DNA of 64,000 nt, from positions 95,046,001-95,110,000 of the forward strand of contig OX597820.1 of assembly GCA_951406725.2 (NCBI GenBank). Reading direction: 5' to 3'. Source of the DNA: Octopus vulgaris. Lineage: Eukaryota. Both the position numbers and the translations under genes were made by a program. Shown in pieces: positions 61,323-64,000 of this stretch (position 1 is the first letter of the stretch; the number at the start of each line of letters is the position of its first letter). The notes below the pieces were generated by a model. The model saw only the letters and a program-made list of their open reading frames with translations, did not search any database and was not told the origin of the DNA.

Positions 61323-64000
61323 AAATACTGCTTTCACTTCACCATGGGTGTAATTTTAATTAATATTTCTTGACTTACTACATTAATTATGCAGGTATCA
61401 GCTTTACTATATATTCTGTTAATTTTTTAATACTATGCCACCTATGGTATTAACTTTTACATCTACAAGCCAACAGGATAGCTTCTATGCAGTCATTCAA
61501 TCTTTTAGAATTAGAAGCCAAACACCCCCAAATTACTCCCAACTGATTTGTAATACTAAATATAAGAAAAGAATAGGTGGTCACAGCTGGAATGCTCTTG
61601 ATCATAAATCTTGCTCAATGAGGGAAGGCATGATTCAAAACAACAACCATAGCTTCTGCATCTAACTCTGCATCTAACTCAAATCAGCATTTCAAAATAT
61701 AGGCCATAGTAGAGAACATGACAAAAAATTATCTAATTTTATCTTTCTTTTTATGATATGTCATAGTTGAAATTTCATTTTGATGTAAAAAAAAAATAAT
61801 AATTAATTGATAATCACGTTATATGGTAATGAGGTAAAAATACTGCTGATATCATTTATGACTTTTAGAATATTTAAATTGAGTAAGTCAAGGATGAAAA
61901 TATGTTTGGTGTTATAATCAACTGGACCAGATAACAATTAGCTCTGGTAATTAGATAATTTTACAAAATTACACCACTATTACAGTCAACACTAAAGCTA
62001 CCATAACTATAGTCTCTACATACCAGGAACTTTGATGTTCTTGGTTCTGTCTCCTCTGCCAATTTTCTACCATCACTACAGAAGCTTCTTCTGTCAACTC
62101 CACTCAAGCACTCTTGATTCATTCATCTCATCATCCATATTGTGTTACCCAACCCATTACTTCCCAAGGAACACACAAACCTTTTTTTCCAGTTCTTTCT
62201 TCTCTAGAACAGAATCCCTCTATAGAATTCAGTCTCTGCCTATGTTCTCCCTGTAACCCATCAACTTACAGTTATTCAAGAATAACTGTAACTGACAGAG
62301 AGGTATCATGTATTCAACTTTAGCTTCTTTATTTATTACTCATGCATGTATTTCTACATATATATGTATTACATTCTAAGTATCTATATATAATAAACTT
62401 TTTTATTGAAACAAAATGTATATTTCATTGATATCATAAATTATATTGTCATAGTATACATACAACTCATTATAAATTTCCAAAACGAACAATTAATTTT
62501 TCATTTTTTCACCATGCATTACAACATTTAGAAGTGGTTTCTTCATTATTATTGCAGCTCAAACAATCCTTTTGAGGTAAGTTACTGATAATTAAGTTTG
62601 ATTTGACTTTTTTTCCAACTAAGGCCACTAAAAATCTTACATAAAGTAAGACACTGTTGTGTGGACGCCCCCAGACGATGAAGTAGGCTAGCCCAATATG
62701 TAGATATAGAGGGAGAAGTCTAAATGTCGAGGAGTTGAGTAGAGGGCATCCAAGCATGCGATATAACAGTGGTGACGAGGATGAGATGCTCACACAACCA
62801 CTGTGTAGTATTGCGATGTAACAGACATGCAAATGAAACAGAAAATGAAAGAAATTTTAGAAGAGGGAATGAGAATACATGCTCAAGAAAGATTAAATGA
62901 AAAAGATAGAAGTATGAAGCAGTAAAAGGCTGAAAATGTGAGATGAAGGAGAAATGATGTAAATAATGTAACACGAATGAACAACTATTTTCCTGTTATT
63001 TTACCATTTTTATTTACATCCTCATACTCTCATTCGCAACTTTCATCATGTACATTTTAAAACAAAACTTCCAATTGGAAAAAAAAATCAAATATTCAAA
63101 CAAACCAGCTAAATTGTGGTAAATAACCCAAATTTTAGTAAAACAGTAGCTGTCATTACTGACAACATAAGTATTCTAGTATACATATAAATCATTGAAA
63201 TACAAACATGATTTATAATCCACAACAGATTTGTCTTAGAAAACCTTCAGTGCAAATATACAATTTAACGACCAGTGCCGTATGATCAACATCATGTGAT
63301 CATTAATCCAGTATCATATGACCTACCACTATGTTACATGACCTAGACTATCATCAGCATTCCTGACTGTAATAAAAATGTTTAATTTAGCATTACTACA
63401 ATTATATAGTATAAGAGCAAAAGTTCAGACATATTTTTTGTTATTGCTTGTGCAGATCTAGATGATCCTTAGCCCAAAAGATCTGTGATATATACATTGT
63501 TGAACAATTAGACCCTATCCACAGATCTAGTGCATCAAATATATTGCACCCTATATGACTCTACCTAGCATACTATGATAGTCCAGACATATTGTACTGC
63601 TGTCTTCACTTCTCAGTCAATATAGTTCCACTTGAAATCATTTGATAAGTCAGAGTCATATGATGAGTGTTGCATCACATGACATTAATAAGACTGAGTC
63701 GTATGGCCTTCATTGTATCGTGTCAACTACACAACATTAATAGCTATATTGATTAAACAATATTGACTGCTTTAGATTAGTTAAAATTTCCATTTTTTTC
63801 TTTTGAATTTTTCTTATATGTAAATAGTTATAGCTGAACAAATCAAGCCCAGTATATTATTTGTATGGCTTTAGCAATCTCTGGTGAATGAAAGAAAAAA
63901 ATGGAAATAACATGGATTTAGTTACCATTACAGTAAACCATTGATAGTTTTTTTTTCCCATTGCTCACCAACTTTTAACCCTTCAATATTCAGATTACTC

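Noticed and set aside
55394-64000. Search for the first GH27 exon (signal peptide, LDNGL..TPPMGW)
   Set aside because: No such motif found by eye; 62509-62974 ORFs show no GH27 similarity. The exon is probably beyond the window.

Overview
Eukaryotic, AT-rich, microsatellite-dense animal DNA. The SINE, RTE and mariner families suggest an Octopus-like cephalopod genome (inference). Two spliced host genes lie tail-to-tail. On + are the last five coding exons of an ABCC5/MRP5-like ABC transporter (5253-19371). On - are six coding exons of a GH27 alpha-N-acetylgalactosaminidase/alpha-galactosidase (55393-31860), whose first exon appears to lie outside the window. The rest is a dense, nested set of transposons: mariner, Tc1, maT-like, hAT, piggyBac, Helitrons (one with an OTU domain), Gypsy, RTE and CR1 LINEs, tRNA-derived SINEs and a Penelope GIY-YIG fragment. 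The most striking unannotated signal is a set of non-coding, sequence-unrelated elements in (TA)n tracts, mostly foldbacks, that carry minimal hammerhead-ribozyme motifs. The best case (16897-17988) is a ~476-nt unit in tandem plus an inverted, circularly permuted copy with three hammerheads. It is a candidate Penelope-mobilised retrozyme / circular-RNA system inside the ABCC intron.
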